A stretch of 64,000 bases of DNA from Verrucomicrobiia bacterium (GCA_963664225.1 OY760937.1:2816001-2880000), one strand, 5' to 3'. Positions 9,148 through 17,961 are shown, counted from the first letter of the stretch. Translations and numbers: made by a program. The notes: generated by a model not told the origin, from the sequence alone.

Positions 9148-9558
9148 GTGACAAACGCGGCTAAACAACAGGAACAAGTTCCAATGCGGCGAGCCTGCAT
9201 TCTCCACGCCGAGGACGACCGGTTCACTTCCATGTCCATTGCGCGATTGCTGACCCTCAAGGGATTCAAGGTCGAAAGCGCGACGAACGGCTTGGATGCG
9301 CTCACGGAACTCCTGTCCCGTCCCGCCGCCTACGATTTGATCATCACCGACCAGTCCATGCCCTCGATGACTGGCATAGAGTGGTTGCAGGGAATTCGTG
9401 AAAGCGGCTTTTCGGGGAAAATTATTGTGTATGCCGCCTCGCTGCCGGAGGACTTGGCGGGTCGCTTGCGGGAATTGGGTGTGGAAAGGATTGTCCACAA
9501 ATCGGAGAGCCTCCAATCACTCCTGGAAGCCATCCACGAACTGTTGGGAGAGGCATGA
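9148..9558 (+). CDS. Single-domain response regulator receiver protein (alternative start ATG 9184)
   Basis: ILHAEDD, ATNGLDAL, YDLIITDQSMPSMTGIEWL, and the conserved Lys in IVHK. Confidence 0.88.
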   Translation: MTNAAKQQEQVPMRRACILHAEDDRFTSMSIARLLTLKGFKVESATNGLDALTELLSRPAAYDLIITDQSMPSMTGIEWLQGIRESGFSGKIIVYAASLPEDLAGRLRELGVERIVHKSESLQSLLEAIHELLGEA

Positions 9559-9648
9559 AGACTTCACTTCTTGTCACCTTTTCGCCGGTGGCGGAACTCC
9601 GTGTGCCGATTCAACACCGGCCACAATTGACCCGGCGCTGGCGCATCC

Positions 9649-9780
9649 GTGTTCGCAAACAAACATCCGTTTACCTCCGACGCTCTACGAGTGTATCGAG
9701 TGAATTGTCACTTCAAACCAGCCCTCGGAACGTGTGGTGAGTGCAAGCGCGTTGAATGCACCTGCACCTGCGAGCGTTGA
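9649..9780 (+). pseudogene. Short ORF/remnant homologous to the Cys-rich C-terminus of 15785-16222
   Basis: Manual translation ends ...RVNCHFKPALGTCGECKRVECTCTCER*, versus ...QNFRVKYNAAICGKCKRAEYACICDE*. Confidence 0.55.
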
Positions 9781-10082
9781 TGGATTTGGCGCGACAGCAG
9801 TTTCGCTCAACCGCGCCCCTTCAGGCTGACATCGCGGGCGTGACAACGTCCACAGCGCCGCTACCATCCGTAAGGCCCGACAAATCATGAGCGAGCCACC
9901 GTCCACACGACGGAACTTTGAAATGTGCAAGCCACCGCTAAAGAATCGCAACCTGCCGACAGCAGACCGATCAGGGTTTGAATAGCATTTCTCTCGTAAA
10001 AATGATGCAACGGACTACGGAACGGAGGTCCAGCCGCGCCACCGCGCGGGTTGTCATAAGTCCGTCCCCTCGTAAGATTAGT

Positions 10083-10111
10083 TTGAACATCTCTGGTTTA
10101 TTGGTTATTCT
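10083..10111 (+). promoter_or_regulatory. Putative sigma70-type promoter of leader-czc operon 2 (leaderless geometry)
   Basis: TTGAAC (10083-10088), 17 nt, TATTCT (10106-10111), 6 nt, then GTG start at 10118. Confidence 0.6.
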
Positions 10112-10117
10112 ATTCCC

Positions 10118-10504
10118 GTGAATCGGCTGAAGCCATTTGTAACGTTGATCGTGTTGGCGCTGTGGGCGTCATGCGTGATTCGTTGCGAGGCCGTGAAGCT
10201 GGGTTGCTCCACAGCGCTCTTCTGTTGTAGCGAACAATCCGACGACTGCGGCGACAAACCCGCATCCGCCGATCATTGCGTGTGCAGTTGGATCAAGTCC
10301 GGCGGCATTATCTCGGAACAAACCGCTGTTCCCGTCCTGCATCCGGTTGACCTTGTGCTCGTCCAGTCACTTGTGGAATTGCAAGCTCCGCTTCCTCAAA
10401 CCCGTTCGGTCGAAGTGCATTCCTCCCTGCCTGAACTTCTCACAAGTTGGCAATTCTCCCGTCGCGCCGCGCTATCGCCGCGCGCTCCTTCGTTCGTTTC
10501 ATAA
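10118..10504 (+). CDS. Exported Cys-rich leader protein ending in PRAPS motif (CzcI/DUF2946-like candidate arrest peptide), copy 2
   Basis: Signal-like MNRLKPFVTLIVLALWASCVIRC, FCC..DDC..DHCVC, C-terminus PELLTSWQFSRRAALSPRAPSFVS. Lies directly upstream of a TolC gene. Confidence 0.8.
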   Translation: MNRLKPFVTLIVLALWASCVIRCEAVKLGCSTALFCCSEQSDDCGDKPASADHCVCSWIKSGGIISEQTAVPVLHPVDLVLVQSLVELQAPLPQTRSVEVHSSLPELLTSWQFSRRAALSPRAPSFVS

Positions 10505-10506
10505 AC

Positions 10507-10553
10507 CGTCCCTCGCGGGACGTTCTCTGACGGAAGCGGTGTGCCCGCCCGCT
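10507..10553 (+). promoter_or_regulatory. Twin RNA hairpins after leader ORF 2
   Basis: CGTCCC-TCGC-GGGACG (10507-10522), then AGCGG...CCGCT (10535-10553). Confidence 0.55.
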
Positions 10554-10597
10554 ACGAAGGTTTGATTCCCTGTTTGGTTTGGTTAGTTGTGATTTTT

Positions 10598-11908
10598 ATG
10601 AAGCGAATGTGTCTTGGCAGTCTGATTTTGATAGCCGTGCTTGGTGGCGCGGCGCATGGAGCGGAAACGAATAACGTTCCGATGGCGGTAACGGCCACAA
10701 ATGCCGCGACACTGGACGCCTTGGTCGCGGAAACGCTGGAGCGGAATCCTGAACTCAAATTCTACGAGGCCGAAATCGCCGCTGCGAAAGGCGGACGCAA
10801 GACTGCCGGGTTGCTCGCCAATCCTGAATTAAGCGGCGGCGTCGGCAACAAGACCATCCGGGGCGGCGGCGTGAATGCCGAAGGAGTCGCGTGGTCGGTG
10901 TCGGTCTTGCAGCCGTTCGAGTGGCCGGGGCGACTTGGACTGCGCAAGGCTATCGCCAACCGCGATATTGAACTTGCCGAGCTTGGTTACGCGCGATTCA
11001 AGGTCGCGCTCGCCGGGCGGGTGCGGGCGTTGGCCTATGGATTATTCGCCGCACAGGAAAAGGCGGCAGCCACACGCGAAGTGGCCGAGCGGTTCAAGGC
11101 ATTGCGCGAAGTGCTGGTGCAACGCGATCCCGCCGGACTGACGCCACTGCTCGAAACGCGCGTCATCGAGGCCACCGAACTGACGATGCAACGCAAGGCG
11201 AGCGACGCAACGCTCGCCACGCAATCGGCATTGCTCGAAATGAATCAACTGCGCGGCGTCGCACCGGACACGCGACTTGCAGTGAGTCAGACGCATCTGG
11301 CATTTCGTCCGGCGGAGAGCCTGGAAACACTCACGGCCCTCGCGCACACCAATAACTTTGAACTGCGCCTCCGCGCAATCGAACTCGCACAACAAGGCTT
11401 CCGCGTTGACCTCGCAAAGAACGAGCGTTACCCGGCCATCTCGCTTGGGCCGACGATTTCGGAAGAAAACGCGGGCGACCATGAGCGCATCATCGGCGTG
11501 GGCGTTTCACTCCCGCTGCCGCTGTGGAATCGCAACAAGGGAAACATCCAAACGGCGATGGCGCGGCAGATGCAGGCCGAGGTTTCGCTGAACGTCACCG
11601 CGCGCGAAGTCGAACGAAAGGTGATTGAGGCCGCGCTGACTTACGAAACGAAGCTGCGCCAGATGGCATCGTGGCGACCGGATTCCGTGGAACACTTCCG
11701 CGAGGCTGCTGAATTAGCCGACCGCCATTATCGGCTCGGCGCAGTGCAGATCAGCGTCTATGTCGAGTTGCAGAAGCAATATCTGGAAGCAGTCGAGAGC
11801 TTGCTCGACACGAAAAAGGAAGCCCTTGAAGCGGCGCAGAATCTTGAATTGCTCACCGGCCTGACCCTGCCGCTGTCGAGCACCACGACGAAAGAGGAAC
11901 AGAAATGA
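10598..11908 (+). CDS. czcC: TolC family outer membrane efflux protein (CzcC-like)
   Basis: Likely start ATG 10598 (MKRMCLG signal peptide). TLERNPEL, GVSLPLPLWNRNKG. Confidence 0.88.
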   Translation: MKRMCLGSLILIAVLGGAAHGAETNNVPMAVTATNAATLDALVAETLERNPELKFYEAEIAAAKGGRKTAGLLANPELSGGVGNKTIRGGGVNAEGVAWSVSVLQPFEWPGRLGLRKAIANRDIELAELGYARFKVALAGRVRALAYGLFAAQEKAAATREVAERFKALREVLVQRDPAGLTPLLETRVIEATELTMQRKASDATLATQSALLEMNQLRGVAPDTRLAVSQTHLAFRPAESLETLTALAHTNNFELRLRAIELAQQGFRVDLAKNERYPAISLGPTISEENAGDHERIIGVGVSLPLPLWNRNKGNIQTAMARQMQAEVSLNVTAREVERKVIEAALTYETKLRQMASWRPDSVEHFREAAELADRHYRLGAVQISVYVELQKQYLEAVESLLDTKKEALEAAQNLELLTGLTLPLSSTTTKEEQK

Positions 11909-12621
11909 GAACCACCATTCTACTTGTGCCGTTGTGTTTGGCGCTGATCGGCTGCGGACACGAGGCATCAAAGAAAGAGGTGAGCGAGACGACAGGAAAA
12001 GGTTTGCCGACTTTCAAGGAAGGCAAAGGCTTGTCGCTGTCGGAAGAAACGCGGCGATTCATTGGATTGGAAATTGCCGAAGTGAGCGAACGCAAACTGG
12101 CAGGCCAGGTCATAACCGAAGTTCAGGTTTATCAGACCGCATCCAGTTCGGTTCAAGCCATTGGCCTCATCAGTCGGGAGCAAGCAAAGCTCTTGCAGCC
12201 CGGCCAATCCGTGTCTTTGGCGACCAAGGACGGCAATTCCACCGACGGCAAACTGATTCGCGTAGATGAACAAGTCCAATTGGCGAGCGGACAGGTGGAG
12301 CTAATTGTCGAGATTCCAGGAACGGAAAAAGAATATGCCCGCGGAATTTCTCTCACGGCAACATTCAGCGCCGCCAAAGAGGAAAACGTCACTGTGATTC
12401 CCCGTTCCGCGCTGCTGCGGGCTGCGGAGGGAGATTTTGTTTATGCGGTGAACGGCGACCACCTGACGCGCACAGCGGTAAAAGTCGGCGCTGACTCCGG
12501 TGATTTTGTTGAGATCATGGACGGCCTTTATTCCGGCGACAAAGTTGCAGTCAAGCCGGTGCAAACCCTCTGGTTGACGGAACTGCGGTTCGTAAAAGGC
12601 GGCGCGGCCTGTGCGGATTAA
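11905..12621 (+). CDS. Short efflux RND periplasmic adaptor lipoprotein
   Basis: Lipobox ALIGC, VIPRSALL, VKVG..DFVEIMDGLYSGDKV. Overlaps the upstream stop. Only 238 aa. Confidence 0.85.
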   Translation: MRTTILLVPLCLALIGCGHEASKKEVSETTGKGLPTFKEGKGLSLSEETRRFIGLEIAEVSERKLAGQVITEVQVYQTASSSVQAIGLISREQAKLLQPGQSVSLATKDGNSTDGKLIRVDEQVQLASGQVELIVEIPGTEKEYARGISLTATFSAAKEENVTVIPRSALLRAAEGDFVYAVNGDHLTRTAVKVGADSGDFVEIMDGLYSGDKVAVKPVQTLWLTELRFVKGGAACAD

Positions 12622-12633
12622 ACGAGAACAAAA

Positions 12634-15600
12634 ATGATTAACCGCATTCTCGAATTGTCCCTTCGCCAGCGCGTGTTCGTTTTGATGGCGACGTTTGGGC
12701 TGATTGGCGTCGGCGTCTGGTCCATGCTGCGTCTACCGATTGATGCCGTGCCCGACATCACCAATGTCCAGGTGCAAATCAATACCGAAGTGGCGGCGCT
12801 TGCGCCGGAGGAAATTGAAAAGCTCGTCACCTTTCCCATCGAAACTGAAATGGCCGGGGTGCAAAACCTCGTCGAATTGCGCTCCATTTCAAAGTTCGGT
12901 CTGTCGCAAGTGACGCTGGTGTTCGAGGATGGCACCGACATTTATCGCGCCCGCCAACTGGTCAACGAGCGGCTGCAAAACACGCTGGAAGCCTTGCCGC
13001 CCCGCGTCCAGCCCAGGCTCGGGCCGATTACGACCGGCCTTGGCGAGATTTATCACTACGTCGTTGATTACAAGCCAGGCGCAACGAATAAACCCGCCAC
13101 GCGCTACGAGCAGCTGCTTCAACTTAAATTGATTCAGGATTGGACCATCAAACCGCTTCTGCGCAGCGTCCCAGGCGTTGCGGAAATCAGTCCTTCGGGA
13201 GGCTACGAAAAACAAATCGTCGTCCAGCCCGATCCGCAAAAAATGATGAGTGCTGGAATCGGCTTCGACGAATTGGCAGCGGTCATCAGCCAGAACGTGG
13301 AGAACGCGGGCGGCGGCGTGATTCAACAAGCCGGGGAACAGATTTCCATTCGCGGCATCAGCCGGGTGCAAACGACGGATGAAATCGCGAACCTGCCGAT
13401 TAAGTTCGGTTTCGCCAAAGACCCCATCAAGGTCAAGGACGTGGCGGAAGTCGGAATCGGCTCGAAAGTTCGCACGGGTGCTTCACTGGAGAACGGTGAA
13501 GAAACCGTGTCGGGCATTACGCTCATGCTGGCTGGCGGCAACAGCCGTCTTATTGCCCGAAGCGTGGACGCGCGTATCAAGGAGATTCAAAATAAATTAC
13601 CCGAAGGAGTGGAGATTCGCACCACTTACGACCGCAGCGATCTCGTCAACCGCACCATCAGCACGGTGAAAAAGAATCTCTTTGAGGGTGCGGTTCTGGT
13701 CGTCGTGGTTCTGTTGCTGTTGTTGGGAAACGTTCGCGCGGCTCTCATCGTGGCCGCCGCAATCCCGCTGGCGATGCTCTTTGCCCTGACCGGCATGGTG
13801 CAGGGCGGTGTTTCGGGGAATCTCATGAGTCTGGGCGCAATTGATTTCGGACTCATCATTGATGGCGCGGTCGTCATCGTCGAAAACATCGTCCGCCAAC
13901 TCGCCGAGAAACAGCATCATCTCGGTCGTCGTTTGACTCGCGAAGAGCGGCTTCACGTGGTCTTGAGCGCATCGAAACAAGTCGGCTCACCGATGTTTTT
14001 CGGCGTGGCAATTATCACCATTGTCTATCTTCCCATTATGGCGCTGACCGGCGTTGAAGGGAAAATGTTTCATCCGATGGCCTTGACCGTGATGTTCGCT
14101 TTAGGCGGCGCGCTTGTGCTGTCGCTCACCTTGATGCCCGCGCTCTGCTCGTTCATTTTGTGCGGCGACGTTAAGGAAGGTGACAACTGGGCGATTCGTG
14201 TGGCGAAGAAAATCTATGCTCCCGTCCTGCACGGTGCGCGGCGTTTCCGCTGGTTCACGCTGTCAGGCGCGGTGGGATTATTTGCGCTTTCGGTTTTCGT
14301 TTTCTCCCGGCTCGGCGCTGAATTTGTGCCCCAACTGGATGAAGGGACGTTCCTGATTCAAATGGTCCGCACCACCAGCATTGGATTGGATGCCGCCATT
14401 GACATGCAGGAGAAAACCGAGCGTGTCTTGCTGTCAGATTTCCCGGAAGTCGCCCGCACTTATTCGCGCATTGGCACGGCAGAAGTGGCGACCGACCCGA
14501 TGAGTGTCAACGTGGCCGATACTTATGTGTTCTTTTCTCGGCAGGAGAAGTGGCGCAAGGTCAATGGTCACACCATCACCAAACCAGAATTGGCCAACTT
14601 GATGAGTGAGGTGATCAGCAGGAAAGTTCCGGGGCAGGCTGCGTTGTTTTTGCAGCCGATTGAAATGCGATTCAACGAACTGCTCGAAGGCACGCGCGCC
14701 GACATCGCCGTGAAGGTCTTTGGGCCGGATTACGACATCCTCGAAAAGGGCGCCAAGGAAATCCGTGACATCCTCGCCAACATTCGCGGAGCGGCGGACG
14801 TGGACTTCGACGCACTCGGCAAAGCGCCTGCTCTGGAAATCACGCTGAACCGGACGAATCTTGGAAAGTTCAATTTCCGCGCGGCGGAAGTTAATAATGC
14901 CATTGCCACGGGACTCGGTGGTAAGACCGTCGGCACGATTGTCGAGGGCAACCGGCGTTTCGACATTGTGGTTCGGATGCCCGAAGCGTCGCGGACGAAG
15001 ATTGAGGGCTTGAAGTATCTCCCGGTTGACGGAAGGGACGGCAGCCTCGTCACGTTGGGGCAGCTTGCCGATTTCAAAATGGGCGAACAGGTGAACACCA
15101 TCAATCGCGAATCCGGCCAGCGGCGACTGGCGATTGTTTTGAATCTGCGTGGTCGCGACGTGGAGAGCTTCGTGAAGGAGGCGCAGGAGAAAATCCAGCA
15201 GGTGAAATTGCCGGAAGGTTACTACGTCGAATTTGGCGGGCAGTTCAAGAATCTCCAGCAAGCGCGGGCGCGGCTCATGATTGTTGTCCCGGTCGCTCTG
15301 ATTCTAATTTTTCTGCTGCTCTTTGCCGCCTTCGGCAGTCTCCGCCAGGCGTTGCTCATTTATTCCGGCATTCCACTCGCCGTCACGGGCGGAGTGTTCG
15401 CCCTCGCGTTGCGCGGTCTGCCCTTCAGCATTTCGGCGGGCGTCGGCTTCATTGCGTTGAGCGGCGTCGCCGTCCTCAACGGCCTCGTGATGATCAGTTA
15501 TTTCAACCAACTACGCGAAGAAGGTAAAGGCGTGGCGGACTCCGTTTTTGAAGGCTCGCTGACGCGTTTGCGTCCGGTGCTGATGACGGCGCTAGTCGCC

Positions 15601-15780
15601 AGCTTCGGTTTCGTGCCGATGGCTCTGGCGCACGGTGCGGGAGCGGAAGTTCAGCGTCCATTGGCGACCGTCGTCATCGGCGGCATTCTAAGTTCCACTT
15701 TCCTGACCCTCGTGCTGCTGCCGACGCTTTACGAATGGGTCGAGAGAAAACAAGAAACGAAACAACCAAACGAAAGGTAA
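12634..15780 (+). CDS. czcA: CusA/CzcA family heavy-metal efflux RND permease (divalent-cation type)
   Basis: 1048 aa. LPIDAVPDITNVQVQINT, TM4 SLGAIDFGLIIDGAVVIVEN, RLRPVLMTA. Confidence 0.96.
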   Translation: MINRILELSLRQRVFVLMATFGLIGVGVWSMLRLPIDAVPDITNVQVQINTEVAALAPEEIEKLVTFPIETEMAGVQNLVELRSISKFGLSQVTLVFEDGTDIYRARQLVNERLQNTLEALPPRVQPRLGPITTGLGEIYHYVVDYKPGATNKPATRYEQLLQLKLIQDWTIKPLLRSVPGVAEISPSGGYEKQIVVQPDPQKMMSAGIGFDELAAVISQNVENAGGGVIQQAGEQISIRGISRVQTTDEIANLPIKFGFAKDPIKVKDVAEVGIGSKVRTGASLENGEETVSGITLMLAGGNSRLIARSVDARIKEIQNKLPEGVEIRTTYDRSDLVNRTISTVKKNLFEGAVLVVVVLLLLLGNVRAALIVAAAIPLAMLFALTGMVQGGVSGNLMSLGAIDFGLIIDGAVVIVENIVRQLAEKQHHLGRRLTREERLHVVLSASKQVGSPMFFGVAIITIVYLPIMALTGVEGKMFHPMALTVMFALGGALVLSLTLMPALCSFILCGDVKEGDNWAIRVAKKIYAPVLHGARRFRWFTLSGAVGLFALSVFVFSRLGAEFVPQLDEGTFLIQMVRTTSIGLDAAIDMQEKTERVLLSDFPEVARTYSRIGTAEVATDPMSVNVADTYVFFSRQEKWRKVNGHTITKPELANLMSEVISRKVPGQAALFLQPIEMRFNELLEGTRADIAVKVFGPDYDILEKGAKEIRDILANIRGAADVDFDALGKAPALEITLNRTNLGKFNFRAAEVNNAIATGLGGKTVGTIVEGNRRFDIVVRMPEASRTKIEGLKYLPVDGRDGSLVTLGQLADFKMGEQVNTINRESGQRRLAIVLNLRGRDVESFVKEAQEKIQQVKLPEGYYVEFGGQFKNLQQARARLMIVVPVALILIFLLLFAAFGSLRQALLIYSGIPLAVTGGVFALALRGLPFSISAGVGFIALSGVAVLNGLVMISYFNQLREEGKGVADSVFEGSLTRLRPVLMTALVASFGFVPMALAHGAGAEVQRPLATVVIGGILSSTFLTLVLLPTLYEWVERKQETKQPNER

Positions 15781-15784
15781 AACG

Positions 15785-16222
15785 ATGAAAACACTAACTC
15801 GCATCATGGCCGTGGCCGCGCTGGTCTTCGGAATCAGCCTCGCTCACGCCGAAAAATTCACTCCCGGACCAAAGGGTGGACGGCTCTTGGAGAACGAAAG
15901 TCCCCGCGCCGAATTCTTCGTCGAAAAAGACAAGACCGTGACCATCACGTTTTACGACAAAGACCTGAAGCCCGTAGCGCCCGGCGAGCAGGTTGTGACG
16001 GCGATTGCCGAAGCGAAAAGCGGCAAGGTAAAAATCGAGTTTGAAAAGAAAGGCGACGTGCTGGTTTCCAAGACGCCCCTGCCCGAAGGCAATGATTACA
16101 ACGTCGTGGTCCAACTCCGATCCAAGCCGGACGCCAAGCCGCAGAATTTTCGCGTCAAGTATAACGCAGCGATCTGCGGTAAGTGCAAGCGCGCAGAATA
16201 CGCGTGCATTTGCGACGAGTAA
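15785..16222 (+). CDS. Exported hypothetical protein with GPKGG motif and C-terminal CxxC-x6-CxC
   Basis: Signal peptide ending AHA, PGPKGGRLL, CGKCKRAEYACICDE. Starts 4 nt after the czcA stop. Confidence 0.85.
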   Translation: MKTLTRIMAVAALVFGISLAHAEKFTPGPKGGRLLENESPRAEFFVEKDKTVTITFYDKDLKPVAPGEQVVTAIAEAKSGKVKIEFEKKGDVLVSKTPLPEGNDYNVVVQLRSKPDAKPQNFRVKYNAAICGKCKRAEYACICDE

Positions 16223-16258
16223 GACATCGAACCGCCGTCAACCTCGAAACACTTAAAT

Positions 16259-16584
16259 ATGGAGATGATGAGGCAATCCAAAATTCCTAAAGTCGGTACC
16301 GTTGTTGTGTTGATGGCTGCGTTCCTGACAGTGCAGAACGCCGAGGCCTGTTCGCCGCGTGCTCGTGAAGCTACCGCCGTTATCCAAACCATCAATTATG
16401 ACAAGCGTGCCTTGTCGCTTAAATACCCACACGGCAGAGGCCCGCGCGAATGGAGGTTTGTGTCGAGCACCAAACCCAAGGAGGGGGGCGTGTGACAGTT
16501 TACTATCATTCGCCATTCTTCGCAAAGCCGTTCGTGACCAAAGTGGTTTGGGTAGATCGCAACTCAACGTGTAAAAAACCATGA
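16259..16584 (+). pseudogene. Frameshifted exported hypothetical protein (paralog of 1318-1641)
   Basis: Signal peptide ending AEA. The frame breaks at a G6 run (16483-16488) and continues as VTVYYHSPFFAKPFVTKVVWVDRNSTCKKP* to 16584. Confidence 0.55.
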
Positions 16585-16742
16585 GCCGTTGGAAGTCACC
16601 GCAAGTTGCCGCCTTGCGCGCAGAACGCGCCGCTAAGGAGGCCGAGCAGGATCGCAAAATGATGCGTAAGAGCCGACTCATGATCATTGGCGTTGCGGTC
16701 CTTTCGATTGGCCTGGTTGTGACAGATTACTTCTGGCTGAAA
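16524..16742 (+). repeat. Direct repeat copy 2 (partner 1614-1831)
   Basis: Near-identical to 1614-1831. Confidence 0.95.
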
Positions 16743-16967
16743 TCCCGGGCACTAAAACGGCGGGAAGAACATCAGCGAATAGATCATCGACCCGTGCAAA
16801 CCGATGCTCCACCTCGCGTATCCAATCTCAGCAACACCAATTCCGCCCAAGTGCCCTGGGGGCCTTGTCTCACAGGATTCGGGTTCATCTGGGAAGTTTG
16901 TTCCCAGGATGCTAATTCACGTTTTATAAAGTGCTTAGAGGCAGAAGTCCTGAAAGTGCATATTTAA
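16581..16967 (+). CDS. Hypothetical single-TM membrane protein (paralog of 1670-1972)
   Basis: MSRWKSPQVAALRAERAAKEAEQ..., TM segment, homologous to copy 1 as far as NTNxxQxPW. Confidence 0.55.
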   Translation: MSRWKSPQVAALRAERAAKEAEQDRKMMRKSRLMIIGVAVLSIGLVVTDYFWLKSRALKRREEHQRIDHRPVQTDAPPRVSNLSNTNSAQVPWGPCLTGFGFIWEVCSQDANSRFIKCLEAEVLKVHI

Positions 16968-17162
16968 GGCAGAACATCAAGTGGACTGTCGCCCCAAAGC
17001 ACTTGGAATAGCCTCGCACAGAGCGGCTTAGCCCTTAGCAAGGTCGGAGCTTTACAGTTACAACCCTTTACGCATGAGCCGCTTTCTTCCGGGCCATTCC
17101 AGGTGTCTGATACACGGTGAACTATGACATCAGGAACAAACTCGCCGGATGAACCCATTTTT

Positions 17163-17409
17163 ATGAAAAACACCATCACAGCAATCAAGCGCGGGGTTAA
17201 AGCCGCGATGGAGGAGACACTCCTCCCGCGTCAGTTTCAGATTAGCGGCAAGCAGGTGGTTTGCTCGCTTTGCGGGAGCGACGGTTTCCAGTGGCATGGA
17301 CATGGCATGGCGGGCACAAGATACAAAGCTTTTCATCGAGGGCTATGCTCTTCAGTGCTGCCAGTGCAGTCATTTGGAGTTCTTTGGGAAAAGTCCAGAA
17401 GAGCTGTGA
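17163..17409 (+). pseudogene. Zinc-ribbon-like small protein, frameshifted; first integron cassette ORF
   Basis: MKNT...VVCSLCGSDGF, then after a T4 run at 17330-17333 FIEGYALQCCQCSHLEFFGKSPEEL*. The stop lies just before attC-1. Confidence 0.55.
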
Positions 17410-17416
17410 AAGGAGA

Positions 17417-17542
17417 AACGAACAAAACGATGCACGCGAACCGCCGCCCCGCGTTTTGGTTTCATCACGTGGGATTTTTCAGGTATTGGAATGGCAGCCA
17501 TCGCCCGTTTCCAGTGGCGGTCGCTGATCTTCATCGTTCGGC
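17417..17542 (+). mobile_element. Integron attC-like site 1
   Basis: R'' AACGAAC and R' GTTCGGC. The inner arms GATGCACGCGAACCGCC and GGCGGTCGCTGATC pair with three extrahelical bases. Sits between two co-oriented ORFs. Confidence 0.72.
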
Positions 17543-17556
17543 CAAGAACACGAGTC

Positions 17557-17961
17557 ATGAATAATCCGAAGCTCTTGAGAATTGTGACAGCCGTTCTTGC
17601 GGTCGCTCTGTGCATCTCGCTGGGCTTTTTGGCTCGGGCGCTATCAGACAATTTCGCCTGGAAGTTGCAGGTCAAGAACCTCGCCCAATATGAAGGGGTG
17701 ACAGTCGCCAGACAGGATTTCCAGGCGGGCAGGCTACGGTTGTTTGTTGTTGCCGGTCGGCGGGAAGTGGATGAGTTTTCTGGCACAAATGACGGTCCTT
17801 TCGATGTCTGGTTTTCGTCGTATTTCCCTGAGATTCCAGCTTATCGGTGTGCAGCAGAGACAAGGGTGGCGGCCTACGACACCAAGATGCGTTTTTGGCA
17901 GCAGCATCCGGAGCGCTTGCCGGGTAACACAAATGCCACTGTGCAGGGGAAAGCGCAATGA
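17557..17961 (+). CDS. Hypothetical membrane-anchored protein; integron gene cassette ORF
   Basis: ATG 14 nt after attC-1, N-terminal hydrophobic segment, stop just before attC-2. Confidence 0.7.
   Translation: MNNPKLLRIVTAVLAVALCISLGFLARALSDNFAWKLQVKNLAQYEGVTVARQDFQAGRLRLFVVAGRREVDEFSGTNDGPFDVWFSSYFPEIPAYRCAAETRVAAYDTKMRFWQQHPERLPGNTNATVQGKAQ

Noticed and set aside
17124..17564. 146-aa ORF as a single gene
   Set aside because: It reads through a frameshift and across attC-1. It is better explained as a broken zinc-ribbon cassette ending at 17409.
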